A model generated the notes under the pieces. That model was not told the origin of the DNA. It saw only the letters and a program-made list of their open reading frames with translations, and did no database searches. The position numbers and the translations under genes are program-made. DNA of 64,000 bases from Chiloscyllium plagiosum (taxonomy: Eukaryota): NCBI RefSeq assembly GCF_004010195.1, contig NC_057727.1:69856171-69920170 (forward strand). The letters are read 5' to 3'. Within the stretch, counting starts at the first letter, position 1, and each line of letters starts with the position of its first letter. Positions 25,590-39,963 of this stretch are shown in pieces.

Positions 25590-27269
25590 GTGGGTTTAAT
25601 TTCTAATGAAATACATTTCCTCTTTGCCACAAGCTATAATGCAAAACAAGTAGTTGAATTCTCTCCTCGTGTTGATATTAGCTCTTAATAACCCAGCCAG
25701 TAACCTTGAAGCTTGCTCTGAATGCTGAAATAGTCCAGATGGGACACTTGTCTGCAAATGTGTTTTCACCACAGATAATATAAGTATAAATGAGGCTATA
25801 GTTTATCTCTCTGCATGTTTTACCATTTATTATATCTGACCTTGGCATGTGATTTCGCAGCCTAGAAGAAAATAATCCTTCATAATTTAGAGGATTTTAA
25901 GTATTTGTAAATATTTATAGGCCAAATGACCCAGCCCAAGGACAGAGGGTGATGGTCAGGAATTTGAAGTTTGACTCTGGGAGCTGCTCCTGAAATCGCT
26001 GGATGACATTTCATGTCCAAAGTGGTTTGGCTTCATCATTGTGTCCTGCGATTTCCCTGGGATTACTTGAAAACAAAATCCAGGTTCAATATCCTCAGTA
26101 TTGCCTTGCTGAAAGTGACGTCAGTTAAAGGAATTTATTTGACAGAAGTCCCCTGCTTTACCCTCCAATTATCTCGTCGTTACCAAATTGCTGTTTTAAG
26201 GGATCTTGACTGTTCAAGCATCAGCTGCTAAGTGTGTCCCTCAAGGTACTGCAGAATGCTTCAGAATGTCCTGAAGTTGTAGAAAGTCATAAGTAAGCAG
26301 AAGTATTTCTTTCTTCAACAATTGCACCAAAACAGAAACAGCAATCTTGCGTAAACCAGTAGTGGAGTTTTGGGCGTAGGTAAGTTGGGCAACTGGCTGC
26401 AATACATCCAAACTCTTTTCCCCCCCCCCCCCCCTCCTTAATTTTCATTTTTCCATCAAGTCCTCTTCCCAGCTGAATCACTTTTCATCAAGTAAACCAG
26501 GCTTTGACGCACGCACACACATGGGCATCCTCCAATTTATTTCTGCAGCTAACCTTGCGACTATATTTTCAAGTGCAACATGAAACTTCAACCCTCTTGA
26601 TGTGGGATGGCCATGTTTGAAAATGTTTATCCTCATTGATACCTGCTGTATTTTCTCTGTTCACTGAAAAGCAGTTTCATGGCGTGTGTACAAGTCACCG
26701 TGAAATGTTGGCTATTATTTAAACATGACATGTCTACTAACAATGAGGAGTTCAAAATGAGACTCAAAGTAGAATGTTTTGATGGGGTTTAGTGCTTCAG
26801 TTTGCTCCATTGTCATTTTAAGTTTGCGTATTTTTGAGCGACATTGTGAAGATAATTGGGTGCAAGTCAACTTCTGCAGCTCAACTTCAAAAAGTATTGG
26901 GACCTGATGGCCACATAACCCCTAAGATTGAAGCTTCAGGCTTTGTGCTCCAGAGAGGCAATCCAAATGTAAGGTGGTTCTTTTTGAAATGGACGTAGAT
27001 TTTGGTTGCCCAGCATTAATCGGTGGTAGATTCCACCAGAAGAAGCAGCAAAGCAAATATAATGCACCCCTATGCAAACAGCTTTAGAAGATTTTAATAT
27101 CAGATCCAGTTCAACATACTTACTGATAAACCACTTACTGTTGTTCATATCTAGTTCTGGAAATTACAGCATCAGGAGGCTATTTGCTCATCCAAATGAA
27201 TCTGCATCTTCAATTGGAAAGAAGTAACAGGTCTAACATCACTCTCTTGTCATTTACTTCCTGACATTC

Positions 27270-28130
27270 ATTTTACTAGGTAATTCTTTGATCGTGATAT
27301 CAACAATTCAGATGGGGGAATCAAATGGAATACTTCCAAGTTTGCTGACAACACTGAACTAGGTGGGATTCTGAATAGTGAGGAGGACATAAAGCGCCTT
27401 GAAGGTGACCGAGATAAGTTGAGTGGGTGAGCTATTGCATGACAAATGTAGTAGAGTGTAAATACGTGAGCTTGTCCACTTTAGTCAGTAAATCAGGGTA
27501 TTATTCAAGTGGTGATAGACTGGGAAGTATTGACATACTAAGGGAGCTGTAGTCCTTGCACACCAGTCACTGAAAACAAGCAATTAGGAAGGCAAGTGTA
27601 TGTTGGCCTTCATTGTAAGGGGGTTTGAGTACAGGAGAAAGGAAGTCTTGTTTCAGCTCCACAGAGTGTTGGTGAGACAGCCATATACAGAGGCCATTGG
27701 AGGAAATGCAGCAATGATTTATGGGACTGACTCCTGCGATGGAAAGTTTGTCTTATGAGGAGAGATTTAGGTTGATTCGTTTAGAAGAACAGATGGGATC
27801 GCATTTGAAGTGCATAAAATTCTGACGGGCTGGATGGACTGAATGGAGGAATCTTGTTTCCCTGGTAAGGAGATGTGAAGATCCAGAGAAGAAGAAACAG
27901 TCTCAGGATGGCAAGTAGGAGAAATGCCTTCACTGGGTGGTGAACCTGTGAAACCCTCTACCACAGAACATTGTGGAGGCTAAGCCATGGAATATAGTTA
28001 AGGAAGAAAGATTTCTCGAAGATGTGTTGAGGAGCTTGGGGAGGGACTAGGAGTTTGGCATTAAGACTGGAGACCAGTTAGCATTACATTGAATGGCAGA
28101 GTTTACTCAGTGGGTTAAAGACTTCATCTT
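27270..28130 (+). mobile_element. decayed CR1 LINE 3' part
   Basis: tccaagtttgctgacaacact (SKFADNT) and gtatgttggccttcattg, both CR1 RT motifs. Confidence 0.7.
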
Positions 28131-28329
28131 TTCTGTGTTCTGTAGTTATGTGCTTTCCACTTTGTTCAGTGCTCTCACCTGAGTTTTGACTGCACTGTTG
28201 GGTGGGTGGTGCGACAGGGAGATGATTCTGTTGCCCAAACGTCCACTCCTGCTCGCAATCATTTCTGAATCCCAGCAGATACATAGTAGAAATTGAATAT
28301 TTGAAATGGATAACAGACCCAGGTGTTAA

Positions 28330-29580
28330 AACCATCCTGGAAACTTGCTGCTCAGCACACATCAAATCTATAAACATAGAATAAACAGCATGCACTCCAG
28401 CGATAACCTGCTCGCTGACACTCTGTTTGAGTTCTGCCAGGGCAATTGAAAACCTGACCTCATTGAAGCCTTGGTTCAACTATGGACAAAAGTGCTGTAT
28501 CCCAGAGGTGAGAAGAGACTGACTTTCTTTGCTTCATTTCAGCAAGTGCAGCATCAAGAAGCTCTAGCAAAACTACAATAGGGGGCAAACTCTCTGCTGG
28601 TTGGAGCCATGTCTGTTACACCATAGGCCTGGTTATATTCAGCTGCTTTAATGACCTTCCCTCTGTCATAAGGTCAGAATTGGGGATGTTTGCTGATGTT
28701 TACCAAAATTCGAAACTCCTCAGATACTGAAGCCTTCCATGCAGAGATGCAGCAAGAGCTTGACAGTGTCCAGACTTGGAATGAAAAGTAGCAAGTAATA
28801 TTTGTGCCACCAAAGTGCCAAGCAATGATCACCACCAACAAAAGAGAAACCATTACCTATTGACACTGTGATATCACCATCACTGAACTTCCCCAGTATC
28901 AACATCCTGCTCAGGAACTGAATTGTAATAAACTAATACTTCAAGTACAATGACCCAGTAGTTAGCATGGATTGAGGAATGGAAGATTTTTCAATCTGGT
29001 CACTTTTTTTATGAATTGTTCATGGGACTGGCATAGCCATAACCAGTAGATCAGGAATGAAGAATCTTCAATTAACTCAACACCTGACTCCCCAATGCCT
29101 GTCTGCCATCTACAAGGTGCAAGTTTAGAGTGTAATAGAATGTTTCCCACCTACCTGGATGAGTGCATCTCCAACAACACTCAGGAAGGTTGACATCCCA
29201 ACTGGGATAAAACGGCTGCCACATCGACAAGTGTCTGCTCCCTACACCTCTCTTCAGTAGCCTAGAAGATGCACTGTAGAAATTCACCAATCTCCTTAGA
29301 CGTAACCATCTAAAAGGACGAGGGCAGCAGATACATGGGAACACCACTACTTTCAAGTTCCTCTCCAAGCTACCAACCATCCTGATTGAAGGTCTATCGC
29401 TATTCATCCCAAGTTGGGAAAAAATACTGGGGCTCCCTCCCAAACAGCGCTGAGTGAACCAACGCCAAATGAATTGAACAGTTCAAGAACGCAGCTTTCC
29501 ATCACCACCTCAAGAATAAATAAGGTTGGACAATAAGTGTTGACTCAGACATCAATACTCGTGTCCCATGAGTGAATTTA
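28330..29580 (+). mobile_element. decayed LINE (second family), RT and 3' end
   Basis: Reverse-complement similarity to 54270-56250 (gggatgtttgctgatg, gggcagcagatacatgggaacaccac). Confidence 0.65.
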
Positions 29581-31699
29581 AAAAAACAAAAAAATGTTGT
29601 GTGCAGAATAACACTCCCCTTCCCTTCCTCAATCCATGCTGACTACTGCTGAATACATTGTATTTGAAGTGTTAGATTTCTTGTGAGAGTGTTAATGTCT
29701 CTACCTGTTGACCAGGAAGCTTAGATTCAAGACGCAGCTTCCTCTAGAGGTGTGTAATAATAACATGTTTGACCAGCTTGATTAGAAAAGACCTTGTTGA
29801 AGTATTCACCATTGTCATACTATTGGATGTGTATATCCTACCACTTTGTAAGCAGTAGTGGTACATTTGATAGCCACCTCTTGGCAATGTCAAAAAATTC
29901 ACAAGATATGCTGTTTACTTCACCAGATCTCCTTTTAAGATCAACGGGCACAAGTTGCACTTGGTCTGTTGTAAGACTATCTCATTATTCATGCTTTATC
30001 ATTTGCATACTACTTAGTTCCTCTTCTGCTTTTCCTGGAAATCTGATGTCTGACATTGTCTAGCTTGCCTTTCTCTTTCTCAATATATAGAAAGTGATGT
30101 AACTATTTCATAATTCTGTTTCTTTTGTCCTTAACTGTGGTTTCCATTTTAAACTACTTCAACAGCTTTTCAAATCACTAATTGTTCTACTAAAATCTTT
30201 CAAGATCATTTTATGTGACGACCATGAATGAATTAAATTTTTAACACTGAAGGATCTCCTATCTTTTGCAAATCTGAAAGCAATTTTTTTTCCCTTCTTC
30301 TGAAACCTGAAACGTATTTATACGTAACTCTGTTTGTAACCTATCTTTCAACCAATCCTAACTGCCAGTCACCTTTCTACTCACTGATCTACATTTACTG
30401 CCACTTTTCCAATGCTCGGAAGTTGCATTTCTCACTCCCCTTTTTCAAAGTCCTCATCGTCTCGCTACTCTTATACTTTTTTACCACCAACACCCCTCTC
30501 TATGAGCGGTTGACGATTGTGCCTTCAACCGTAAGAGCCCCATGTTCCAAAATTGCCTCTTAAACGCTTCTTCTGCAGCTTCACTTAACATTTTGCCTTT
30601 AGCACCTCTCAGCCAAACCATGTGATCACTGTTGATCATGTTTTCTATAGTTGCGCCCATCTTTTGAATGTCTCCAGCAATGACCTCAGGGTATTTTCCT
30701 GGCTTAAAACTGTCTTCGCAATTTGCTTTTCGTCAGAGACATGAGAAATATTGGGGAAGCACCATGGAGGTGCGCGGAGTGTGGATGGTCAGACACAACA
30801 TTGTGTATCAAGTAGTCCTAATTCAATGTCAGGCAGCACATATATTAAACACAACAATTTATGTTTCCTCTGAGAACCAGAATTCATGATTGAACTTTCC
30901 TTGGAACTGGAAAAATTAGTGATCTGAATTAACTCTACATCATCCAGGTATTGATACCTGCTCTGCATTAAAATGTGATGGATGGAAAAAATGATAGTGG
31001 TTCTGAAACAAACACGATTGGGCAGTGAAATCATGATGAGTCGAATTTGGACAATCTAACACTCCAGTTATGGTGAAATTGTTAGGTGTCCCTGTCTGTG
31101 CAATTAGGAATCCTACAGAAGGACAGTGAATCTGAAGTTTCAGATTGGTAATTCCGGATTAGCCAAGCCAGTAAAACAATCATAGATCCAGTTTGATCTT
31201 CAGCGGAGTGCAATAGAGGCAGAGGGCATTAGAGAGTCTGGGTGCCAGTCTGCTCATTTGTTGCCCTTGCTGAAGCCACAAAGGCTGCAGAGATGAGCCA
31301 GGATTTTGCACTGCAGCACGCAAACACAGAAACCACATTTAACTGCAATGATGACATGATTAACCATATAGCACTCATCCAAGGATTACATGCCAAGCAG
31401 AGCAAAAAAGTCATTGAGCTTTTCCAAAGCTGGCTGTTCAATACCTTTTGCTGTACAAGGTCTGGCCATTGTAAGAGCATTCAAACATAGGAATTAGGAG
31501 CAGGAGTAGATCAGTTGGCCCATGACACTTGCTCTGCCATTCATAGCTGATCTGATTTACTCCACCTTTCTGCCTACCCCCAACAATTTTTCATTGCTTT
31601 GCTTAATAAGAATCTATCTACCGTTGCTGAAAAATATTCAAGGGATCTATTTGTAACAGCGATCCAAACACACGCAGCCTTCTGCAAGAAAGAAATCCT

Positions 31700-31915
31700 G
31701 GGCCCTAAATGGGTGACTCCCTTCAGTATATTTTCCACATCTACTTGGACCACATCCGCAGGACGCCTCAGGTCGCCTTGGGACCACCCCAGTTCTGAAG
31801 AAGGGTGACTGGACCCAAACATTAACTCTACTTTCTCTCCACTGATGCTGCCAGACCTGCGGGAGTTTCTCCAGCAATTTGTTTTTGTTTGAGTGGCAGC
31901 ATCCACATGTCTTTG
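31700..31915 (+). mobile_element. Penelope-like terminus with degenerate hammerhead motif
   Basis: agtt-CTGAAGA-a-GGGT..ACCC-aaacatt-aact followed by gatgctgccagacctgc...ctccagca, similar to the tail of 13970-14700. Confidence 0.55.
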
Positions 31916-34900
31916 TTTTCCCTCAGGATCTTGTGTTGCAATGAAATAAGTGTTCTAAACTCCAGTGGATACACGCCTAGCCTGTATAATTAAGGTGTAA
32001 ACAAATTTTGAAATGAGGACAGTTGTCGCGCACTTTGGTTTCATTTATTTTCTTCTTAACATAGAGCTTGTTTGTACGCAGAAAGGAGCAGACTCGTTAA
32101 CTTGATGTTCAAATGAATATGAATTTATGGGTGTTTCCCCCCCCCCCAAACTCTATGATTTGATATGGCAATGCTGCTGTTAGTAGCTCACAACTGTCAG
32201 TCTGAGTTTTCAAACTTAGGTTTAAATATTTGCATTTGGTGGATTTCCCCTCCTCTGAACTCTCCAAATCACTACACTTCTCAAAGGACAATCACTTCCA
32301 TGTTGAGGAACAGGGAGAGTCATTTGAAAGGTCGTGGGAAAGTTTTGAGCCCAGGCAGGATTACGCGCTCAGTAGTCAATGCATCTTTTCAAATGTGCCT
32401 GTAATATCCTCCTTGTGCAATGCAGTGACAACACCTTGAGGGAATTGTCTCTCGGGTGGGGAGATAATTAAAAGGAACCAATTACCATTTAACACATATA
32501 CCATTTTAATATACCCTATCTTGGACAACAGGCTGTACCTGCGAGTAAGTAAAAAGCAATATTTTCTAAGTATCGAGGGCATAACTATCAGACCTCTGCC
32601 ATGATGCTCCCTTGCTCTTCCATCACCTTTCATTTTTAGTTTCTTTTATCTTACTTATTTTGTGAAATTAACAGGACCTTCTATTCATTTGACTGCTCTT
32701 TGAGCATTGAGCTTTGTCAAATAATTTATGAAGGAGAGCAACGTATTTCACTTCCCTTCCCACTACAACATCACGATTACATTGCACAACTCAGAATTAT
32801 GTAACATCCAAGGCGGCCATTGGCCATCTCACTATTTCTGTTCGTTTTCTTTGAAGAAGCTATCCTATTCAACCCGCTGTCCTGTCTTTCTCCCAAAACC
32901 CTGCACATTTTCCCCTTTCCAGATATATATCCAATTTTCCTCTTGCAGATTTTTGTTTAACTTGTTTCCAGCACCGTTTCAGGCAGTGCACTCCAGATGA
33001 ACATAACGTGTGGTGGCTTTGAAAGAGAATGAAATCTCTCCAGGTCGTTCCACCATTCACCTTAAATCTGAGTCCTCTGCCACTGGAAACAATCTTTCTC
33101 CTTATTTACTTCATGAAAATCCTTCAGGATTTTAAACACCTCCGTCAAATCTCCTCTGAGGATAACAACATGTTATTTTATTTCCCTATATAATTAAAGT
33201 ACTGCAAACCTGTAAATCTTCCAATAAATCTTCTCTACATCCCCTCTCTCAGGTTTTGACCTCCTTCGTAAGATGTGGAAAATCACAGCAATGCTCAAGC
33301 TGAGGCCTAAATAATACTTTAAAAATGGTTTTGCCAAATACCCTTGTTTTTGCATTGTATACTTTTAGTAATAATGTCAAAAATACCTTATGCATTTTGT
33401 CTTGAACAGGCTTATCACTTATATTGCTGCTTTCCAGTACTCTGGTATCTCTATTTTTGCATCTCTCAAAATTGTATGATATGTTTTCCTTTGCCTTCTC
33501 TTATTCTTGCTGCCAAAATGTATAATTTCTCTGTTCTGTGTTGGGTTTCATGTGCCTGCCCATTTCATTTGCCTCACCCTGTGAAGTGCATTACTATCCT
33601 CTTTGCAGTTTACAGGTTTTCTCCGACACTATTAAATTTGAAAATTATGTTCCTCGCACCCAGGTCATTAATATTTATCAAAGGGATGTGTTATCATATT
33701 ATCAACCTCTGTGATGCACCACTATTTAATTCCCTCCGCTGAAAACAACTATTCAACGACTCTCTGCTATCTATCTCTTAGCCAATTTTTAATCTTCCAC
33801 TGTCACTTTCCCTTCAGTTGTGTGGGCTCCTACATTACTAAAGTCTTTCATTATGAGTCTGAAGTGCACATGCACAAATGGTCTACACTACTTTTGTTCA
33901 CTCTCTGTTAGGTCTGCTATTTTGATTCTTAATTGACCCTTCTTTCCTTAGTCTGCCCTTTAATTCCACTGTGTCCTTTGTCCACAATACGGAATGAAAT
34001 TTATTTTTGTATTTGCATTCATTGTTTCCACTTTTCTTGGATACCTCAATAAGGTCTCCTCTCAGACTTCCTGTCCAATTGGAAAAGCCCACATCTCTCC
34101 ACTCTTTCCTCGTAATTTAAGTCATGCAACTGCCCCTTGTGGCTCCCCTCCATACTCCCCTCTTAGATCCTCCTATCATGTGGGTTTTGCAAAGTGCAAT
34201 ATTTAATGCACCCTGGCTGAAATGATGGCAGTCCAAATGATGCCTGCCCAAAACCTAGCTGCCCCCCCCCCGGCGGTGACAAATTGTGCCGGGGGCAGCT
34301 TTCATTGTTAGAGCTGAACTTCGATCTTCATCTGTGAAGAGACAAGCTCAGGCAGGGTTGATCTGACCAGTCCCTGCGGTGTCCATTGCGGGCTGGAGTT
34401 GAGGGGAAGCATTAAAGGTGGGGCCTGGCCTTGGAAGGTGCACCTCCAATGGGTGCGACAGACCCCCATGCGACTTTCCCACCTCCTCTCCCCACCTCCC
34501 CTTACACCCCCAACTCCACTCCCTAACCTACCCATCAGCAGTGAAGGCTGCCAAGTTACTCGCCTTGCCTATGCCTTCCCCTGGTGTACGGAGCAGAATT
34601 GCCAAGGCAGGATGAGGCCCTTCAGTGTCCATTCACTGGCCTTTTCAGGTTCCCAATAGGCCTAGGTGGGTGAGGTGATACCTGAACCCTTACCCCATCC
34701 ACCATGATGTGGGGGCGCTGGTGTTGGACTGGGGTGGACGAAGTTAAAAATCACGCAACAAGAGGTGAGGTGGGAAGGTTGCCTACTTTATTTAATGACC
34801 CCTTCATTGTCCCTGTGCCACTTTCAGATAGGCTGATACGGGTGGAGGGGCAGAAAATATAACTTGGGTTGACCAAAGACGACAGTCCATATACAAGATG

Positions 34901-34989
34901 CAGTCTGACCAGAGCCTGATGTACTGTGGTCGTTATTTTCTGTGACCTCTATTGTACTGTTAGCCATGTTGTTTACTTGACTTTTGGAA

Positions 34990-35518
34990 TACTGTTAGTT
35001 CTGGTCTCCCAGCTGTAGGAAAGATATTATGAAATTTGAAAGGGTTCAGAAAAGATTTATGAGGAGGTTGCCAGGGTTAGAGGGTTTTAGCTACTGGAAG
35101 AGGCTGGGCCTATTGTCATTGGAGTGTTTGAGGCTCAGTGTGACATCATTAAGGTTTATAAAAACATGAGGGACATAGATAGGATGAATAGCCAAGGTCT
35201 TTTAGCCAGGCTAGGGGAATCCAAATTAGAGGGCATAGTTTTAAGATGTGAGGGGACAGATTTAAAAGGGACCTAGGGGGCACCTTCCTAATGCAGAGGG
35301 CAGTGCATATATGGAATGAGCTGCCAAAGGAAGTGGTTGAGACGGGTACAATTACAAAATCTAAAAGGCATCTGGATGAGTACATGACTAGGAAGGGTTG
35401 ATAAGGATATGGGCCAAACGCTGACAAATGGGTCCAGATTAATTTAGGACATCTGGTCAGTGTGGACAAGTTGGACAGAAGGCTCTGTTTTCGTGCTGTA
35501 CCTGTCAATGACTCTATA
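34990..35518 (+). mobile_element. CR1 LINE 3' end
   Basis: gaaagggttcagaaaagattta...tggaatgagctgcca...atgactctat; near-match to 61850-62350. Confidence 0.85.
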
Positions 35519-36304
35519 GGACACTGCATGAGTCACAGGTTCAGCACCAGTCCCCTGATGTTCCTATGTCTCCTTCAGCTTGACTAACTAGCTATTTGCC
35601 AATTAACCATCAGAGTACCCAGTCTACGTTCTGCCCTCGTAACCACATTGATTCTTAGAAGTATCTGGTCAGTTTTTTGTATTTTCTGTCGCTAGATTCA
35701 CGTTTCCTGTCCTCTGGGCACCTGCGTGACTGTGTACTTGTTCTTTATCACAGGTGACGTGAACCTGTTAATTTAACCACCAAGCGACACCAAAAGTGCC
35801 AAGTCCAGATGCAGAGCCCGCTGAGAGGATTCATGTCACATTGCAGGTGCACTGTCAGCCTGCAGCAGACTGACGGCCAGCTGTGCCTGATACTTGTGAA
35901 CTTAATGTGCAGAATCAAACTGCATTGCGTTCAAGCAGAATAGTGTGACCTAGCTTCTGAACAGGACTGTCATGATAGATTGAGCCATGAAGCGTCTCCC
36001 TCTGCTGTAGTTGCCAACTTCTACATGGCCATAATCCTGGAAGTATTGCCATGTGACCTTTGGGTCCAAACCACCCCCCCTACCCCCCCTCAGTTTTGGT
36101 TGCCCAATGCATCCATACTGTCCCACCTGCATTTCCACAGTCTTTTATCTGGCTGGCCAAATTGAAGTAATCAGCCTTTTTTTTTTTATATGCTCCATCT
36201 CAGACATTGAAAACTGAATGCTTTCCTGCTTCAAGAATTTTCTTTTAATTTCCCTGATGAATTTTCCCCAGGTTTCCTGTTTTGCCTTTTAGCCTTAGCA
36301 GAGC

Positions 36305-36472
36305 ATAGGGCTGCTCCCTCACTAGAGAGGGTCACCATGCCTCAGGCGGGAGGTGTGGTTGAGAAGGAAAATCCTTTTATGGTAACCTCAGCCATTGCAG
36401 GAATTGAACCCATGCTGTTGGTGTCATTTTTCATTGCAAGTCAGGCATCCAGCCAAATGAGCTCAACTGAGC
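36305..36472 (-). mobile_element. tRNA-derived SINE (same family as 13445-13632)
   Basis: Minus-strand GGTTCAATTCC B box and shared body sequence. Confidence 0.6.
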
Positions 36473-36779
36473 GCCAGAACAGAATCATGGCGATTAGTTT
36501 TTAAATCATCCAGGGCAATCCTGACAGTGGGGAAACATGTACAAAGATTTGATACTCTTTGTTTCCTTCTCTCCATACATGTAAAACATGTGCAGCCCAA
36601 TGCTTGTACCTGTCTGACCAAGGTACCTGCCTCTGTACTCTGCAGTTGATGCTATGAGTCAACAGCTAGGATCAGTCTTTGTTCTTTTCTTCCCAAGCCC
36701 CTTGTATAAACAACATCTGCTTGATGTGTTCCCACTATAAACTTAATATCCTGAAGGATTTAATTCCGAAGCAGTCTCC

Positions 36780-37378
36780 ACCCTTTTTTCTTGAAAAAAC
36801 TCCTTTGTGTAATGTGGTTGCATGGTGCCACCCCAACTGCCCTTGAAGGTGGTGGTGAACCACAGTGCAATACTTGAGTTGTAGGGGCACCAACAATGCT
36901 GTTAGAAAAGGATTCCAGGGTTCTGACCAAGAGACTATGATCCAAGCTTAGATTGTTTGTGGCACGGGGGCAAGATTGAGTTGATGTTCCGGTGTGCTTG
37001 CTGCTCCCGTATCCTTTAATGGTAGAGGTTGCAGTTTGAAGACTTCCCTTGAACGTGCTTTGATGGACTACTGCAGAACATGTCATAAATGGTACATGCT
37101 GCCTCCATTCTGAGAGAGGTGGTGAGGGAGTGATATTGAAGATGTGTGCCAATCTTGGATGATATCTTGGATGTTCTCCAGCATTTTTGGAGCTCCACTC
37201 ATCCAGGAATGTTGGGAGTGTTCTGTCACACTGAGTTGTGCTTTGTAGATGGTGGACAGACTCTGGAGGCTCAGGAGTAAGTTGCTCACCGCTGAATTCT
37301 CAGTCTCTTTGTCACCAGCATCTATACAACCAGTCCAGTCAGATTCTGATCAATGGTAACCCCCAAGAGGTTGATAGA
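36780..37378 (-). mobile_element. decayed LINE (second family), 3' portion
   Basis: Similar to 7340-8270 and 55100-55660. Confidence 0.6.
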
Positions 37379-37382
37379 TCTG

Positions 37383-38134
37383 TGTTGCAAAGCCTCACAA
37401 CACTCTAAGAATGGTGTATTTGCTGAAACCTAGGGTACTTGCCCAAATCTGTCTGGATTGATTTTTGGCTCCTTCCAGAGCTACAAACAAGCTCCATGTT
37501 TGATGGAGGATTTAAATGTTGAAGGATTATGGAATAATGCGTTTCTTGCAAGTTTAATGGTAATACCTGTAATGGTTTATTTAAATGTTGTTGAAAGGCC
37601 ATTGTGGACACTGGAAATATTTTAAACAAAACTGGAAATCACGTGACCGGATATACTGCAGTAGACCCTGCAGGGGCTGCTCGAACAATTGCTGGCTTGG
37701 GGAGGTTTGTGTTCTATCTGGTCTTCAGTTGGCAAGCAAAAAGTCTGGGAAGAAGAGCTGCTTATCTGATTTAAACAGGAAAAAGATCCCTCTATTGAAT
37801 TGAAGGTCCACCCAATTTGTTCCAATGAAACAGTGATTGAAGGAACTTCTCAATGTTGCAGTTCCTGAGCTAGCTGTGTCTACCAAGACTTCAGAGACAG
37901 TCACGCGTGGTTAGTGATGTGACTATACATGCCAGAATGTCAGGAACAATATATTTTAGAATATTGTGTCATATCCTTTTTGTCTTCAAGAATAACCAAT
38001 TGGCTCAGAAGCACCCCTTGCCCCCTCCCCCGCCAAACTTTTGGGAACCAGGAAAACTCTTTCTCTTCAGTGTTGTGACCTGTGAAGTAGTGGGACCTGA
38101 GAGACTATGTAATTCTCCAGATTTGGTCACAACA
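37383..38134. mobile_element. possible solo LTR
   Basis: TGTTG...CAACA termini, beginning where the LINE fragment stops; no target-site duplication found. Confidence 0.25.
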
Positions 38135-39963
38135 CTACACGTTCACCGAAATCAATCGGATGTTTAGATTTTATTTTACAAAATTGAATTTTTTTAAATA
38201 TCAATTCGGATCTGTTTCTGGTTGGGTAATGCTGGTCTTATTCCAACTTTGCTAAGGAGAATTTTAAAACCTATACTCACTCCATGGAGGTGAGTGACAC
38301 CTCTGAGTACTGTCCTTGTTTGATGTCAAGGTGATGGTAAATAACACTGTGTCTTGGTTCAAGCCTACAACAGACAATGCAGATATGGAGAATATTGGGT
38401 TTTCTTTTTCAAGCATTTTTGTGGTCTGGTCTGATCCAATAGTCACAAGAGTTATCCAGCACGGAAACGGACCCTTCAGTCCAACTTGTCAGCACTGACC
38501 AAACATCCCAATATCTGACCTAGGCCTATTTGTCAGCATTTGGCACATATCCCTCTAAACCCTTTCGTAACCTTCAAAAGGAATTGACTGAATATTTGAA
38601 AACATAGATATTGTAGAGCTTTTAAGAAACTCGTTGGATAGATTTTTTTAAAAAAAAATAACAACATAGACAACGGTTTGTGTCTCTGTTATAAGGTTTT
38701 GGTTTCTCCCATTTGTGAGGCGAGTTATAAGCTTCTGCCACTAAATGCCTTTGAATTATTTTAACATAAGAATCAAATCTTGAATGCTGAATAATTTTTG
38801 CAGAATATACGGTCCTCTCTCAGAAGAAAGGGTTTTTTAAAAAAAACTAACTTTTTGTTAAAATATCTGAAGGTTAAACTGTTCAAACCATTCTCAGTTG
38901 ACTTGTTTGTCACAGAGGGGCAATTATTGATGAGAAGCAAGTTATTGGATAAGAAGGCATACGTGATTGTTATGAAGTTCTGCAATGCAATTAAAAGCAC
39001 AGAGCATAATGCCTTTGTTTAGTGAACTGATATAAATAGCTAGTCTATTTGCCTTTAATTTTTACTGAACTTTCATCTTTTTTTTTTGGAAGTTGCTTTG
39101 AACTGCATTTTATTTTTAGATGCCCACTGTGAATTCGTATTATAGAGTAAGCTTCTTCTCCAGCTTAGCTGTTAAGATGCTTATTTTTGAAGACCGATCA
39201 ATGGCTTGAAGTCCCCAGGGATGATACGTGAGCACATGAAATGGGCAGCTGGACTCGTGATGAGTCTTGTCAGCTCTCAGTTGAGTTGATGGCATGTCAC
39301 ATGTCACAACCTGTGGAAATTGAAGACCAACCCTTTTGAGTGGAAACTGCTAAATGTCAATAAATTTGGTCAGTCAGGATTCCTGGTCAGGACCTACCTG
39401 TAAAACACATTAAACGGCTCCTCGTGCCTTCACTTGCCATCTTTCTTGGAGTGCGATTCTAATTACTCCGATTCTGGAAAACCTCAAAGATTAGTCCCTT
39501 CAGTTTGCTGAGTTGGATGTTTAATTGGGTTGACTTGGTTTCTGATGACACAATTGAAGGTGTAATTCTTCTTGTGAAAGAGAGGGTGTTTCTGCAATTT
39601 ACCCAGAGTGAAGCTGGCATTCTTGTAAAAATTATACACTTGCTCAACTGCACTAATATATCTTTTGGAAACTAACCTATGATCAGAATCTTTGAACAAA
39701 TCACATGAGCTGCCGATGGCCAAGATAGTTTGACCAATTTGTCATGATGTTCCGAAGAGGCTTTCTTGTACAGTCATTGTCGATTAACTGTAACCGTTTC
39801 AAACATTACATGAAACAGGTGCATCAATATATGCCAAGATCTTTATCATGCTGCTCTAGTCTGTCTCTGCCACCTTCATGAATAGGATCTCCACTGATCA
39901 CTGTACCAAGGTTTAATTCACCAAAGAAATCTTTGGCTGCTTTTCATTTTCCTGTCTGAAGTA

